DNA from: the human T2T-CHM13v2.0 reference genome, Homo sapiens
Length of the DNA stretch: 64,000 bases
NCBI RefSeq assembly: GCF_009914755.1
Contig: NC_060930.1
Reading direction: 5' to 3' (one strand)
The notes beneath the pieces were generated by a model. That model did not search any database and was not told where the DNA came from. It saw only the letters and a list, made by a program, of their open reading frames with translations. Of this stretch, positions 47,501-62,620 are shown piece by piece. The stretch's first letter is position 1; each line of letters opens with the position of its first letter. A program made the translations under genes and the position numbers.

Positions 47501-48989
47501 ATATTTCAAGTGTGTTTTCTGTATTTAAAAAAAAAAAAACCCAGCAAATTCAGATTCCTGGGCATGAAGTTAATGCCACTGGGTTCACCAACTGTCACCT
47601 ATGCTTTAAGATGTCGTGCTTCTCTTGGCACAGTGGAATCAGTCACATTGTAAAGTGAAATGATTTACTGGCTATACCTTTGCTTCAGTTTGCCACAGTA
47701 TATCCTGATAGGCAAAGTGCTGGGAGAAGGGAGGGAGGAGGTGAGACTGATTATCCACTTGATCTCAGCTGGTAGTTTCAATTTCCTCTTCTTCTCTTTG
47801 AGCTGATGCAGTTTGAGATAAATTAATACGAATGATCTGAAAGGGTTAAAAATACCTACTAGCCCATAGCAGAGTCACCAGTCCCACTCGGGCTTGTCAA
47901 TGTCATGACAGTAGCATACAGGATGGCAGTAAGGAGCACCAACAGCCTGAACACTTACGTGGTTCCGTATTTTAATCTAGTTGCCAAAGCCCCCTCCTTT
48001 AATTTTTTTAAAGGTTTTATGGCTGAGTTAATTTACATGCCTGGTTTACCAGGACAATATTGGGCTGCATTTTGCTTTGAAATGTATGACAACAGTCATT
48101 GACATATATCAGAGGTCAAAACATAGATCGTTGTTAGAGAAACACCTTGTATTGATTAAATATATTTCCTCTGCGAAACACAAAGTATGCACACGTTCAC
48201 AGTATGGATCCTTGTACAATTTTCAAGGATAAGGTGCAGCTTCAGTTTATGGATGAGAAAATAAAGACTAAGGACCCAATGCAAGCAGAAACATTGGTCC
48301 TTGCTGGGAGGCAGAGCTCCTTAGTGGGAAGAAAGTTGGGCTATCAGAGGACTAAGTTATGGTATAAATGTTGCCATTAGCTATGGCATATTGGATAATT
48401 CCTCTATTTTTTCAGTGCTCTTGTTTTGGCATCTGTGAGTTCAGTGCATTTTTGTATCTTCACAACTGTAGATGTGTAGTTGCAGTGGGTATTTAATCAT
48501 ATGACTTCCATAAAACCCTTTGGAAACAAGTTCAGTTGTGTATGCACAGAATGGGAAAAGATCTTTTCTCCCTCTCCTAGGGAGGTGTGTTGTGAGAGGC
48601 TGCTTGTCCTGGGAGATGAGGTCCCTAAGGGCACTGCTAGCGAGAAGATGATAGATTGCCACTGTAAGGCTCACTGTGGGGTTTTGTTCTCCTGAGTGGG
48701 TTTTGCAAAGTGAGGACAAGAGCTTAATATTTGGATTAGGTCTTATTAGAGAAGAGAAGACAAGGGTTGAGATAGTTGTCAGGGAAGAGAAACTTTGAGA
48801 GAACAAAACTGCTTAATGGGGGTTTGGATTCAATTTCCTCTGGGAAGTGCGACTTGGTCTTTTATCTTAAGTGAACCATCCCATTTGTGTCCACGCATTG
48901 CCTCGTTGGACTGTTTTGAAGACAGGTAGAAGTGCTGAGTGTGGTTTTCAGAAGACATTGCATTTCAGATAGGGCCGCCCTAGTAGTGA

Positions 48990-49257
48990 CCTTCTAGGTC
49001 ACTTCCTACAATGTCCCTTCGGCACCTGACCCTATATCTGCCGGTTATTCCTAGGTTATATTAGTAATGCAACAAAGAGTAATATTAAAAGCTAATGATT
49101 AATAAGGTTTATACTAATGATTGATAATTGTCCATGATCATCTCTATATCTAATTTGTATTACAACTATTCTTTATTCTAACTATTTTCTTTATTATATT
49201 GCTACAGTTTGTGCCTTCAGTCTCTTGCCTCGGCACCTGGGTAATCCTTCGCCCACA
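48990..49257 (-). mobile_element. LTR13/LTR13A-type (ERVK) LTR, 5' (U3) portion only
   Basis: Minus strand begins TGTGGGCGAAGGATTACCCAGGTGCCGAGGCAAGAGACTGAAGGCACAAACTG, has an AT-rich U3, and stops after GAAGTGACCTAGAAGG. Confidence 0.7.
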
Positions 49258-50930
<1,673 letters not shown>

Positions 50931-51289
50931 TAGCTGAGTTTGCGTATTATCACATTTGCGTTTCCAACTGTTGGCAGAGTGCCTAGCTCAAAGGAGGCAC
51001 TTGATATGTGTTGTGGTTGGTTGACCAGAAGGTTGTAGCCCACCTTCAATCATAGGAACATCCTCACTCCACTTATTATTGCCTAAATTCCAATTATATA
51101 AGTTTGGCCTGGAGTTTTAAAAAGCCATTGTCACCTGTGAAATGGTAACAGTTCATAAAATAGTAACATACTGAGATCTGTTAGTCACTTTCCCATCAAT
51201 GTGAAGGAATTGCTGAGATGCTTTCCTGATTATTGAAATTAGAATATAAATGGAGTGAGAACAGATAGATTAGGGTGGTAACTGTGAAA

Positions 51290-51380
51290 GAGGTGGGGGA
51301 AGAAGAGAAGAGAGAGAGAAAAAGAGGAGAGAGAGAGACAGAAGAGAAAGAGAAGGAGAAGAGGAGATGAGAGGAAGAAA
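51290..51380. repeat. GA-rich purine low-complexity tract
   Basis: Read directly. Confidence 0.85.
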
Positions 51381-51632
51381 ACGCAATGTCTATGGGGAAA
51401 AATAAGGTTTGCTAATAACTGGAGATCAGCCCAACAATGAAATCATCAAATATCAACTTTGCTTATTTCACAGTTTCACCCAGAATTAACCCTAATGCTA
51501 TATGGCATGGATTTCTTGATTGGGTGAGACAAATATTTTCTCCAGGCATCTTCCATTTCAGCCAGTTTTGTTTTCTAAATGTCCTGCTGTTTCTGGTTTA
51601 CAAAATCTCCATCATTCTATGCTTTATGGTGA

Positions 51633-52013
<381 letters not shown>

Positions 52014-52599
52014 TGATTTTTTAAAGACAGGTTATGATAATTCCCAATGAAATTTTATCCTAAGTTAGAAGATTTTTAAAAGAAATATAACACTGGAATT
52101 TTTAAAGATGTGCATCCTACTGAAAAAACAAAGGTATTGTTTTCATTGTATTGAGTTACTATTTCCATCAGATTCTTTTCTAAATAAAATGCTTAAATGT
52201 GTTTGATCTCATTAATTTTGGAAGCACAGTACAGTTATTTAAAGGACAGAGAATAGTGGTATTCCCAAGGAGATTACACTGAGAAATCTATCAACAGGGG
52301 AGTGAGCACCAGGGTGGAGCACTGTCTGCCCTGGTCTTTTGTGTGATATAAACAATGCAGGAAGTCCTTACCATGATTGACCTCACGAACACACATGGAT
52401 TTATTGGATTAGCCAGCTTACTGACAGCAGTGGTGGTTCTAAGGAAACAGGATGCAGGAGAGGGTCCTCTTCACTAACAAGACAGTCATTTACAATGAAA
52501 ATTAGGTGAATACTAATTTGCCTTTTGGTGTCCTTGTTAGAGCATCAGAGGACTGCGTGGGTCACGATGGGAGAAAGTGAGCTGGAGTCAGCGGGAAGC

Positions 52600-55020
52600 T
52601 TCAGTGACTGAGTGACCTAGTGGTCTGGCAAGGCAAGGTTTTGGATGAATCATGTGCTGGGCATCTACTGTTTGGGCCTCCAGGTCCCTGCTCCACCCTT
52701 CTCTCTGAAGGGTAACCCACATGCTCCTCATCAGTGTGGCTTTTTATGGAGGCACGGTGAGAAGAGTGGGGTTGGGCTGCTGATTCCTCTGGCTCCATCC
52801 AGGGACCTTGGTTTGACTGCGTGTCTCTGTCAAGGCCACAGTTTTCTCTAGGTAGCTCTCATACTGTTGTAACATAATTGGATCCCTCATTATCCCTAAC
52901 AGATTTCCCCAAACCCCTTCCATGCCATCTGTCTGTCTATCTATCTATCTATCTATCTATTATCTATCATCTATGTCATTTGTCTATATATTATTTAGTT
53001 GTCATTTATCTGTCATCAATCTGTCAATAATCTGTCATCTATGTATCTCCATTGTTGTGCAGACCCTTTAAAATAGCTTCTTCACTAAATTCTCTCAATT
53101 ACTCCATTTAAGTGTAACAGCTATAACATCTGACTGACAGTCATTGGTACCAGAAATGGCCCCAGAAAACAAACCCTCTAAAAAGACTTCTGGCATTGGG
53201 TTGCTCCTATAGTGGAGAAGTATACAAATAACTTTGCAGGAGATGAGGCCCTGGTAAGCTGTTCCACACGGTAGCATCAGTTTCTCGAATTGTCCTCAGT
53301 GGTGGCATGAGAGGAAGTGCAGGTGGAGGGACTAGGGATGGGATCAAAGGGCAACAGTCCTGGTTGCTTTGACAGCAAAAGTGAGATAAGGATCGTGAGG
53401 TCAGCTGGCTGTTTCTGGTGACACTAGACATTGTATACAGAGAAAAGGAGAAATTGGAGATTGTGAGGATTATTATTATTGATTAGTATTATTTGTGTTT
53501 TACTCAGAGCACACTTAGACAGTGAGAAAGCCTGGCAGCTTAGTGGGAGCTCCTCACTTCCTGCCATCATGGTAGATGTGGCTGAGCTCTGCCTGATGTA
53601 TGGGCTGTGGAGCTGCAGCTTCGATGAAGGCACAGCCCCACGGCTCTCACTCTCAGGTAATGGCTGGGTGGGGAGAGGTGGGAGACTGAGACATGTAAAA
53701 GGCTAAGAAGTTTAAAACTCCAATTCTCCCTGAACTTGTCTTCAGGCAACTCCTTCTCTAGGTATAAATGCCCTTCAGAGAATACACCTGGGGAATCTGC
53801 TCATAAACAGGTGCACATTCCCCTCAGCTGTAAGCCCCTACCACCTCAACTGCCACCAGGCCCATAATAAGATTAGATCCCAACACAGCCCAGATGGAGA
53901 GACACAAATCCTGGTTTTGGAGGAGATAGTCTATCTACCAAGAGAATTACAGGATCTTGCCAGTGTACATCTGCTGGAGCCTGGGGAGTATTATGGGATG
54001 CCTTCTAAGGGTGTTAGACTAGTAAAAATCAAATGGAAGCAGTGATTGGGCTGTATTTATTGAGGTAGGTATAAACACTCAGGATTTGGAATGTAATGTG
54101 TTGGCTTGAGTCTACTAGGTTGGCTGAGTGAAGCCTGGACTCAATGGTCACCTGGAGTCAAGGAGGCTCAAATTCTGGAATTTCTCTATCCAATGTTCCA
54201 GGAAAAATGGGGAAGTTAGAATGGGCCTATTACATGCAACCTGCTTACCTACCTTCTAATCAGGTCTCTTCTCCTCCTCCTCCTTCTTTACCTCCTTTCT
54301 AGTGGGGCCTGGAGGGCTCTTCCTTAACCAAAGTGTGATATAGTACATACTGTCAGTCAGATGTTATAGTCAGCTGGCAAGGAGCCTCCTCTTGAGTGAG
54401 TTTTGTTAGCCTGTGTCTTTCAAGGAAACACATTTCCTTGCCTATTCATCTAAAGTGGTGGAGTTTATTAGTACACAGTGGTTCCTAATGTCCCCTAACC
54501 ATCCTGTCAATGTCTGTAGGATCTATGGAGAGGTCCACTCTCATTCCTCCCGTCAGTAATTTGTGACTCCTCTTTTTCCAGATCAGTCTGGCTAGAGGTT
54601 TATTCATTTTGTTCAGCCTCTCAATCAGCTCTTGTTTACATTGATTTTTCTGTCTTGTTTTTGCATTTTCTATTTTATTGACTTATGATTTGTCTATTAT
54701 TTTTTTCCCTCTGCCTACTTGGGGCTACAGGGAAACATCAGCAGGAGGCGGGAGGCAATGAGAAGAGTGAAGTCCCCCTACCTGGCCACGGCTCCCACTG
54801 GGCTCCCTTCTCTGGGCTGCAGTAACTTCTCCTTTCCCTTTCCCCTTCAGGTCAAAGAGTAGTAAGAACCCCCCACCATCATTAGCCCTGAGATACTGCA
54901 TCACCCCTTGCTGCCATTCCTAAACTCTGCCCACATAGTTAGAAATGCCCCCTTCGTTAAACTCCCTTTACTCAGTCAGTATGGTGTGCTGTTTCCTGCT
55001 GGGTCTTGTCTGCAGATACA
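52600..55020 (+). mobile_element. Degraded ERVL provirus: LTR41-like LTR, gag remnant, L1 fragment, LTR41-like 3' piece
   Basis: ttggtaccagaaatggcccagaaaac after the first LTR. 53875-53991 translates RSQHSPDGETQILVLEEIVYLPRELQDLASVHLLEPGEY, resembling ERVL Gag. Second LTR piece ends gcagataca. Confidence 0.55.
52927..53045. repeat. (TCTG)n(TCTA)n-type simple repeat
   Basis: Read directly. Confidence 0.85.
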
Positions 55021-55612
55021 TTCTTATCATTTATTTCTGAATTTTAACACATTCTTCAAATTTTTAAAAAGACTTGTAGGAAAAGTGTGAAAATATTCTT
55101 CTGCCACGGATCTGTTGCTAAAGTTAAGCTGTTTTGCTAAAGTCAATTTGAAATTATGGGCCTGGAAAACCTCTGGGTTTATTTTATAAAGAGATCTTAT
55201 AAAATTGTAGTGTTCATTGGGATTATTCTTTGATCTGTGTTGATAATTTAAGATGTTTACCACTTAATCTCCTAAGTGAAGGCTTTGTGAACACCAGTTT
55301 CATTTGCTTTGGCTGCAGATTGCTAATTGATTCTAAGTTAAGCAAGAAACTTACACAGAAGGCAGAATTTGCAATAGTCAGGGAAAATGCCAGTCATCAA
55401 AAAATTCTTTGTGCCAATGACTGGACCTGGCCTCAGAAGACAAAAATGGGATTCAAGAGTGGTCCCTGCTCTTAAGGAACTTGTAATGAAGTGGAGGATA
55501 CATTTGTAAGTAAGTAATAGTACAAATAAGTCTGTGATGAGAAGTATAATAGAAGCAATAAACAAACACTACAGGGGCACAGAACCTTCACAAGTAAAGA
55601 GCTCTTGTCATT

Positions 55613-56140
55613 TGTACTAGCAAAATAATCCCTCCCAATGCCAAAGATTTCTACATCCTAATTCCGAGAACTGGTGAATACATTACTTTACAGGGCAAAT
55701 AGGAATCAAAGTTGCAGGGAATTAACATTGGCATTAACGTTGCTAATCAGCCGACCTTAAGGTAGGGAGATGGTCTTGAATTATCTGGGTGGGCCCAGTA
55801 TAATCACAGGGATCCTTTAAAACAGAAGAAGGAGACATAAGAAGAGAGTCAGAGGGAGATGACTCTGGAGGGCTGGTCAGAGAGAGGCAACGTTGCTGCA
55901 TTTGGAGATGAAGGAAGGGGCCATGGCCTTAGGAATTTAACGACCTCTAAAATCTGGAAAAGATAAGAAAGTGAAGTCTCCCCTAGATCCTCCAGAAACG
56001 AAGCAGCTCTGCTGACATCTTAGCTTTATCCCCAGGAGACCCACGTGAGACTTCTCACCTACTGAACCACAGGGAGATACACATTTGTGGTCATAAGCCA
56101 TTATATCATGCTTGTTACGCAGCAATTGGAAACCGATACA
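55613..56140 (+). mobile_element. MLT1D-type MaLR LTR
   Basis: gctaatcagccgaccttaag...ttatctgggtgggccc...ttggagatgaaggaagggg...ggaaaccgataca. Confidence 0.8.
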
Positions 56141-58087
56141 CCATATCTGAGAAGGAGAGAGAAAGTCACTGCAGGCAAGTGGACTAGGGAAGGAAAGAGC
56201 GGGGGTGATGGAGGCTTCCCTGTGGAGAAACAACAGAGCCAGATGTGGGCCTGGGTCAGATGTGAGCCTTAAGAACCACTCCAGATTTTAGCCTTTACTC
56301 TTTAAAACAGGAAAAGAGTGAGTGAAGTTTTTGAGCATATCACAACATTCTTGGTTTTGTCTTTTAAAAAGACGTGGTGTTACCAAGTCGGAGCAGACTT
56401 TTGGGAGTAATTGGGAGAGACAGATTCTTCTGTTTAACCTGAGTGATGTCTTCATATTGAGGCTTTTGTGTTCTATGTGACCCTTGGGATAAAGGACCTG
56501 TTATTTCTATGTGGAGCCACCAGGCGTAAAGACTCCCACCGCCTTCCATGGTTGCTCACAAGGCCTTGAGCTTGCTGGAGTGTTGGGGCCGTTGTCTGGC
56601 CCGTCAGGCCTACTTCATTATGAGTTAATATCAGTTCAACAACTCACTCCAAAGCCAATTCTTTGTTATTTATTTTAAAACCTGCTGTTTTGAATTATCT
56701 CTCTCTCTAGTTTCTGTCATTAATGTAAATAAGCACAGACTGCATGATTGACTACATTGATTGTGGAAGAATTGGCCATTAAAATAGCAAAATATAAAAG
56801 AAAGATGAAACTAAATCCTACCCTCTCCTCCTCCTAGATGTGCAAATTCTAAAACCAGTTCCTTACCCCAAATACTCAAGCTTTGGGGCTCTAGGTTCTG
56901 GGATAAGTGAGGTTTGGAAAACGCTGGTTAAAAAAGGTTATTTAACTGGGGATCTCTTATGAGGCAAGTATGCTAACAACCCAAGAAGCTGCTAGGCTTA
57001 CTTTGCAACAGAACCCTTTTGTTTAGAATGTATTTTGAGACATGTGTTCCTCCAAATGCAATCTGGGACAGGAGGTGAGGAAGAAGAGCGCTCCCCATGG
57101 CGCTGGGAGGCCTCGTTTTCAGACCTGTTTATGGCTCCAAGAAGCTCAGTGACACGAGTGAGAGGCTTTGAGTTCTGCATCCTCAGTTTCTAGGCTCGTT
57201 GAAACTGATTCGTGACCCTTAATGCTGTGATTCTTTAAAATCCATTAGGAATGACCTTGTTTCACATATTAGTGGATACTCACCAATTATTGACTAATTA
57301 GTGATTAGGTTTTTCATCAGATTGTTTTGTAGTCAGTCGTGTTATTGCTGCATATAGTTGCTAAGTAATATTACAGCTATTCTAGAACCTGATGCCTAGA
57401 ATGTGAATGTGGGGTATCTAAACAGGAGGTTACCTCGGTGGTGGAAACTAGAGTTTGAGATGTCCTCCTATACAGATTCTCATCCTTCTAGCAAACTCAG
57501 GATGTCAGAATTGCAGGAAATGTGCGTAAATGACAGTGAGAGGCCACAGTCTTGTGGAGATAAACATACTAGACTCACGTAGTTAGTCGAGGTTTCTGTG
57601 TGTAGATCTGCTGATCTTATTAAATCTTGCAACTTGGAATGAAAAATGAATTTTTATTTAATAGTCTCTGGACATCTGTTCTAGAATATGGGTTTTAATA
57701 CACATTGGATGTTGTGAAGGATCTAATCTCTCCACAAATAAGTAAATTTACAAATAAGTAGAGATAATTGTTTGTGAGAAACATGAGATCGCTAAACCAG
57801 AATGTAAGGTTTCATGATGTTTTGAATTATACGTGTGTGCATGTCTGTGTATACCCACATATATTTCTGGATTATATATGTATACATGTAAATATATACA
57901 GGCATATTCAGCAAAACATACTTGAAAAAATACATTAAAGTGTTAGGAAGGGCTATGTCTGAAGTGGAATTAAAAATGATGTTTCTTCTCTTCTTCCTTG
58001 CCTTTCTCAAATTATCTAAAGTGAGCACATTGTTTTTGTAACCAGGGGAAATAAAGATTTGTTTAAAAAGCCAAGTTAAAAAAATCA

Positions 58088-58481
<394 letters not shown>

Positions 58482-58732
58482 TTACTGCTCTTCAATCCAC
58501 TTACCTATTGAGGCTGTAGAAGCCAGGACAGGTTAGCTGTTTGTGCATGTACTATTCTGTTATTTCCATTGTATTCATCTCTGAACTTTGATAGGAAAAG
58601 TAATTCTGCTGCCCTGAAATTCACATAATAATTCCATTTTAGGCCAGTCGAATCTTAAAAATAAGTAAAATAATGATCAATAAAACCTAGACACAAGATT
58701 TTGATTCTTGGAGGTCTCATTAGATTGGGAAT

Positions 58733-59623
58733 GTGTGTTGGTTTCATGTGTTAACTTGACTAGATGATAGTACCCCATTATTTTATTAGATGCAAATCTA
58801 GGTGTTGCTGTGAAGGCATTTTATAGATGTGGTTAACTTTTAAGATCTCCTGGATGTTGTGGGTGGACCTCACCCAATCAGTTGAAGGCCTTGAGAGCAA
58901 AACCTGATGTTTCCCGGAGAAGAATTTCTTCATCAAGCCTGCAGCATCAACTCCTTGCTTGAGGTTACAGCGTGCCAGCCTGTTCTATACATTTTAGATT
59001 TGCCAATCCCCACGATAATGTGAGCCAATTCATTCAAATAAATATCTCCTTCTCTCTCTTTCTTTTTGGGAGTAGGTGTATGTATATTAATAAATAATAC
59101 ACAACACGGTATCAGTCCATTTTCACACTGCTATGAAGAAATACTTGAGACTGGGTAATTTATAAAGGAAAGAGATTTAATTGACTCACAGTTCCCTATT
59201 GCTGAGGAGGCCTCAGGACATTTACGATCATGGCAGAAGGGGAAGCAGGCACCTTCTTCACAATGCAGCAGGAGAGAGAGCATGTGAAGGAGGAACTGTC
59301 AAACACTTATAGAATCATCAGCTCTTGTGAGAACTCACTCATTATCACGAGAACAGCATGGAGAAAACTGCGCCCATGATCTAATCACCTCCCTCCCTCC
59401 ACATGTGGGGATTACAGGTCCCTCCCTGGACAAGTGGGGGTTATATTTTGAGATGAGATTTGAGTGGGGACACAGAGCCAAATAATATCAAACACACAAC
59501 ATATATAACATATAGCATATATAATATTTAGTAAGATTTTTACGTATATATTATATACATGTGCGTGGGTATCTATGTACACTCTTGATTGATTCTGTTT
59601 TTCTGAGAACCCTGACTAACACA
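58733..59623 (+). mobile_element. MLT2D-type LTR, interrupted by THE1D
   Basis: ctaggtgttgctgtgaagg...caatcagttgaaggcctt...gagaaccctgactaacaca. Confidence 0.75.
59108..59490 (-). mobile_element. THE1D-type MaLR solo LTR
   Basis: gagactgggtaatttataaaggaaagag...gatgagatttgagtggggacacagagccaaa. 5-bp TSD aacac at 59103-59107 and 59491-59495. Confidence 0.88.
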
Positions 59624-59809
59624 CATTTTGATACTGGGAAGTTGGGTTCTACTGTAGCGAATTTCTAAAAATGCAGAAGTGGCATTGGAATTGGGTAATG
59701 GGAAGTGACTGGAAGAAACTTGAGGTACATGCTTTTAAAAGCCTAGAAGACACTTGGTAGAAGTATGGATATTAAAGGCAATGTTGGGGATAAGAAATTA
59801 CCTGTTGGG

Positions 59810-60037
59810 GGCCGGGCGCGGCGGCTCACGCCTGTCGTCCCAGCACTTTGGGAGGCCGAGGCGGGCGGATCACGAGGTCAGGAGATCGAGACCATCCTGG
59901 CTAACACGGTGAAACCCCGTCTCTACTAAAAATACAAAAAATGAGCCGGGCGCGGTGGCGGGCGCCTGTGGTCCCAGCTGCTGGGGAGGCTGAGGCCGGA
60001 GAATCGCTTGAACCCGGGGGGCGGAGCAGGTTGCAGT
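59810..60037 (+). mobile_element. Alu (AluSc8/Y-like), 3'-truncated and GC-shifted
   Basis: Matches Alu up to ..ggcggag..ttgcagt. No 3' end, tail or TSD. Confidence 0.93.
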
Positions 60038-60250
60038 AACGCATCTGCAAAGCAGGAAGCATCAAGCAATGCTGGCAACACCCCGAGAAGCGGCGAGGGA
60101 GAATTCTTCCCTAGGCTGCAGGGGGCAGGCGGCCCTTTCGGCGCGGTGACTTTGGACTTCCAGCTTCCAGAAGCCTGAGAGAATGTGCCTGTGGTCGGAG
60201 GCCACCCGGGCCGTGCTAGCGTGTTAGGGCAGCTCCGAGAAACCCGCCCA
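60038..60250 (+). mobile_element. 3' half of an MLT1 LTR, GC-shifted
   Basis: gcatctgcaa...actttggacttccagcttccagaagcctgagagaat...gccaccc...gcagc...aaacccgccca follows the MLT1 3' layout. Confidence 0.65.
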
Positions 60251-61791
60251 GCGTGGCCGTGCATTTCCCTTAAGCCCAGGCCTCGGCTGACAGATGCGAA
60301 GCGGTAAGAAGAGAAGGAAAGGCCAGCTCTCTGTGTCTCTGGCCGGGATGGGTACCCCCCACGCGGGGAAGGAGAGCTGCTCCTTCTGCCTTTTCTGCTG
60401 ATGACAAGTGAAATGACGAGAGTGAGGAAAGCCGATGGCCGCGGCCGGCCACACGCTGCAGGACTCGGGAGCTGGTGCACGGAGCTCGGAAAGGTGATGG
60501 CACTGCCCGGAGGGGCAGCTCTCTGGATTTTGAGAAAGGCACGTCTTCCCCAGTCTAGTTTCAGACCCAGAGGAAAGCCCGGTTCTTGGCTGGCATTTAA
60601 GCTCCTGATTTTTCTCACGTTGCTTTCTCACTGTAATTGTCTTGATCAAGCTTTCACCCTGTGAGATCCACACACAGGAGGAGAGGGATGCAGCTCTCAG
60701 CCGTTCACAGAGCCCGGCCCTACCGCACTGCTCAGTGTGCCTACTCTTGGCAAGATGCAACTTCCCGTTCCGAGAAAAAGGACTTAGAAAGGATCGTAAA
60801 ATGGGCTCCCAAGTCTCCTGGAATAGCAAATAGCTTTTAAAAGACAACCCTTTAATGGCCTATGAGTAACCAAGTCAAAAACAAAAGTATTGAATATCCC
60901 TTTAAATGTATGTGAGTTTAAAAAGCAAGATGGGAATACATTTGGCAAAGTTTCTTCTGGATTTTATAGAATTCAAAATACTCGAGAAATTTTTACCTAT
61001 ACGCCCACACACAACTGCAAAACTGTTATAAACGACGTGGGGAGATAACAAAAACGATACTGTGCAAATGCAAACAGTATGCAGCTTCTGCACTGCTGTG
61101 CCTGATGGAAACATTTCTCTCTTTTATGAGCTTCTCTTTGCGGATGGAGACGGAAGAAAGATGGGCGTATGAGGCAGGGAGGGGAGAAAGGGGGAAGAGA
61201 CGCCTATTCCGGGGCTCCATGGCTGTTCTCGATACTCACTCGTGTTGCTCTTTAAATGGAACCATTTGCTGCACATTTTGAATCGTTAACATTTGGTAGA
61301 ATAGGGGACAATGGATTTTCATGTAAACTATGAATTTTATGACAATGAATTAGCATGTTCATTGAACAGAAAGTAAACAAAGCTTAGTACAAAATTGGTT
61401 CAGTATATAACCTAACTCTTCTGCTGCTTAATGAAGTGATGGGATGAAACCAAAACAAATAGCTTTATGCTTTGTAAAGCACAGGGAAACATACTTTCGT
61501 GTGTAATTACTGCGTGGTTATGACAAGGCTGGTACCTGCCTGAACCATCAGTTACAAAGTTTGCAGCAACCACTCCTGCTTTAGCAGACTGGGTGTTGAA
61601 CTAACAAATTACAACACTGGCATTAGAACAGAGAGGAAAATATACATGCAAATATAGTCAGTTCTGACGAACCTCCAACATCTGTTAAGCACCTACTGTG
61701 TGTGTACCAGGCACTGGGGATATGGCACAATGAGATGGGGGCATTTGCATTGTCCAGAACTCTAGGGAGGGTAGGGAGGATGAGGTATGAT

Positions 61792-62620
61792 TGTCTTAGT
61801 TGTTCTGTGATGATTAATTTCGTGTCATCTTGACCAGACCAGGTTAGTTCAGATATTTGGCTAACCTTTATCCTGGGTGTTTCTGTGAGGGTGTTTTGGA
61901 TGAGATGGGCATTTAAACTGGTAGACTGTGTAAAACGGATGGCCCTCCCTTAAGTGGGTGAGCACCATCCAATCTGAGGAGGCCCTGAACAGAACAAAAA
62001 CGCAGAGGAGGGGGAATTTGTTCTCTCTCCCTGACTTCTTGAGCTGGGACATGGTTCTTTTCCTGCCGTCTTTTTATGCCATCGGCTCTCCTGGTTCTCA
62101 GGCCTTCGGACTCAAACTGAACCCACACCACTGGCTCTGTTGGGCCTCCAGCTTTGCAGCTGCCGTGGCTTCTACAATTATGTGAGACAATTTCTTATCA
62201 TCTCCCCACACGTCTCCCACCTGGGTTCTGATTCTCTGGAGAACCCTAATTAATACAGATTTCCAAGAAGGAGACACTGAGGCAAGAATCTGAGGACTAC
62301 TAGTTGAATAAGAATGACCCAGGAAGCATGGGTAGGAAGGAGAGTGACAGAAGTGAGACAGGGAAAGGAAGGAAGCCAGCCAAGGCTCACTGGCACTGGG
62401 GGCAACGGGCCATACTGGGAAATGGTATGGAACGGAAGCTGGTGTTAGTCTGCCTGAGGGTGAGGGAGATGGGCTAGTCATCTTCCAGCTCTCTCCCCCT
62501 TCATTGCCTGAGAGCTGCTTCTGGGAGCGTTAACTCCTCAGCCCTTCTGGCCTCTGCTGTGCAGATCATGAGAAGCCTTCAGAGGGAGCACAGCAGGTTC
62601 TTGTAGATGGATGCTCTCCA
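61792..62620 (-). mobile_element. LTR33/LTR16-type ERVL LTR, split by the MLT2
   Basis: tgtcttagtt | ttccaagaaggagacactgaggcaag...gaagtgagacagggaaaggaaggaagcc...gggagcgttaactcc. Confidence 0.55.
61806..62257 (+). mobile_element. MLT2B/C-type LTR
   Basis: tgtgatgattaattt...gtgtttctgtgagggtgttttggatgagat...ctctggagaaccctaattaataca. Confidence 0.85.

Larger units (their letters stand above)
59810..60520. other. CpG-island-like tract made of repeat sequence
   Basis: High GC and dense CpG across the Alu, the MLT1 and about 270 bp downstream. Confidence 0.65.

Noticed and set aside
59926-60847. 230-aa and 207-aa minus-strand ORFs
   Set aside because: GC-rich sequence is depleted of stop codons, the longer ORF runs through MLT1 and Alu, and neither has recognisable homology.
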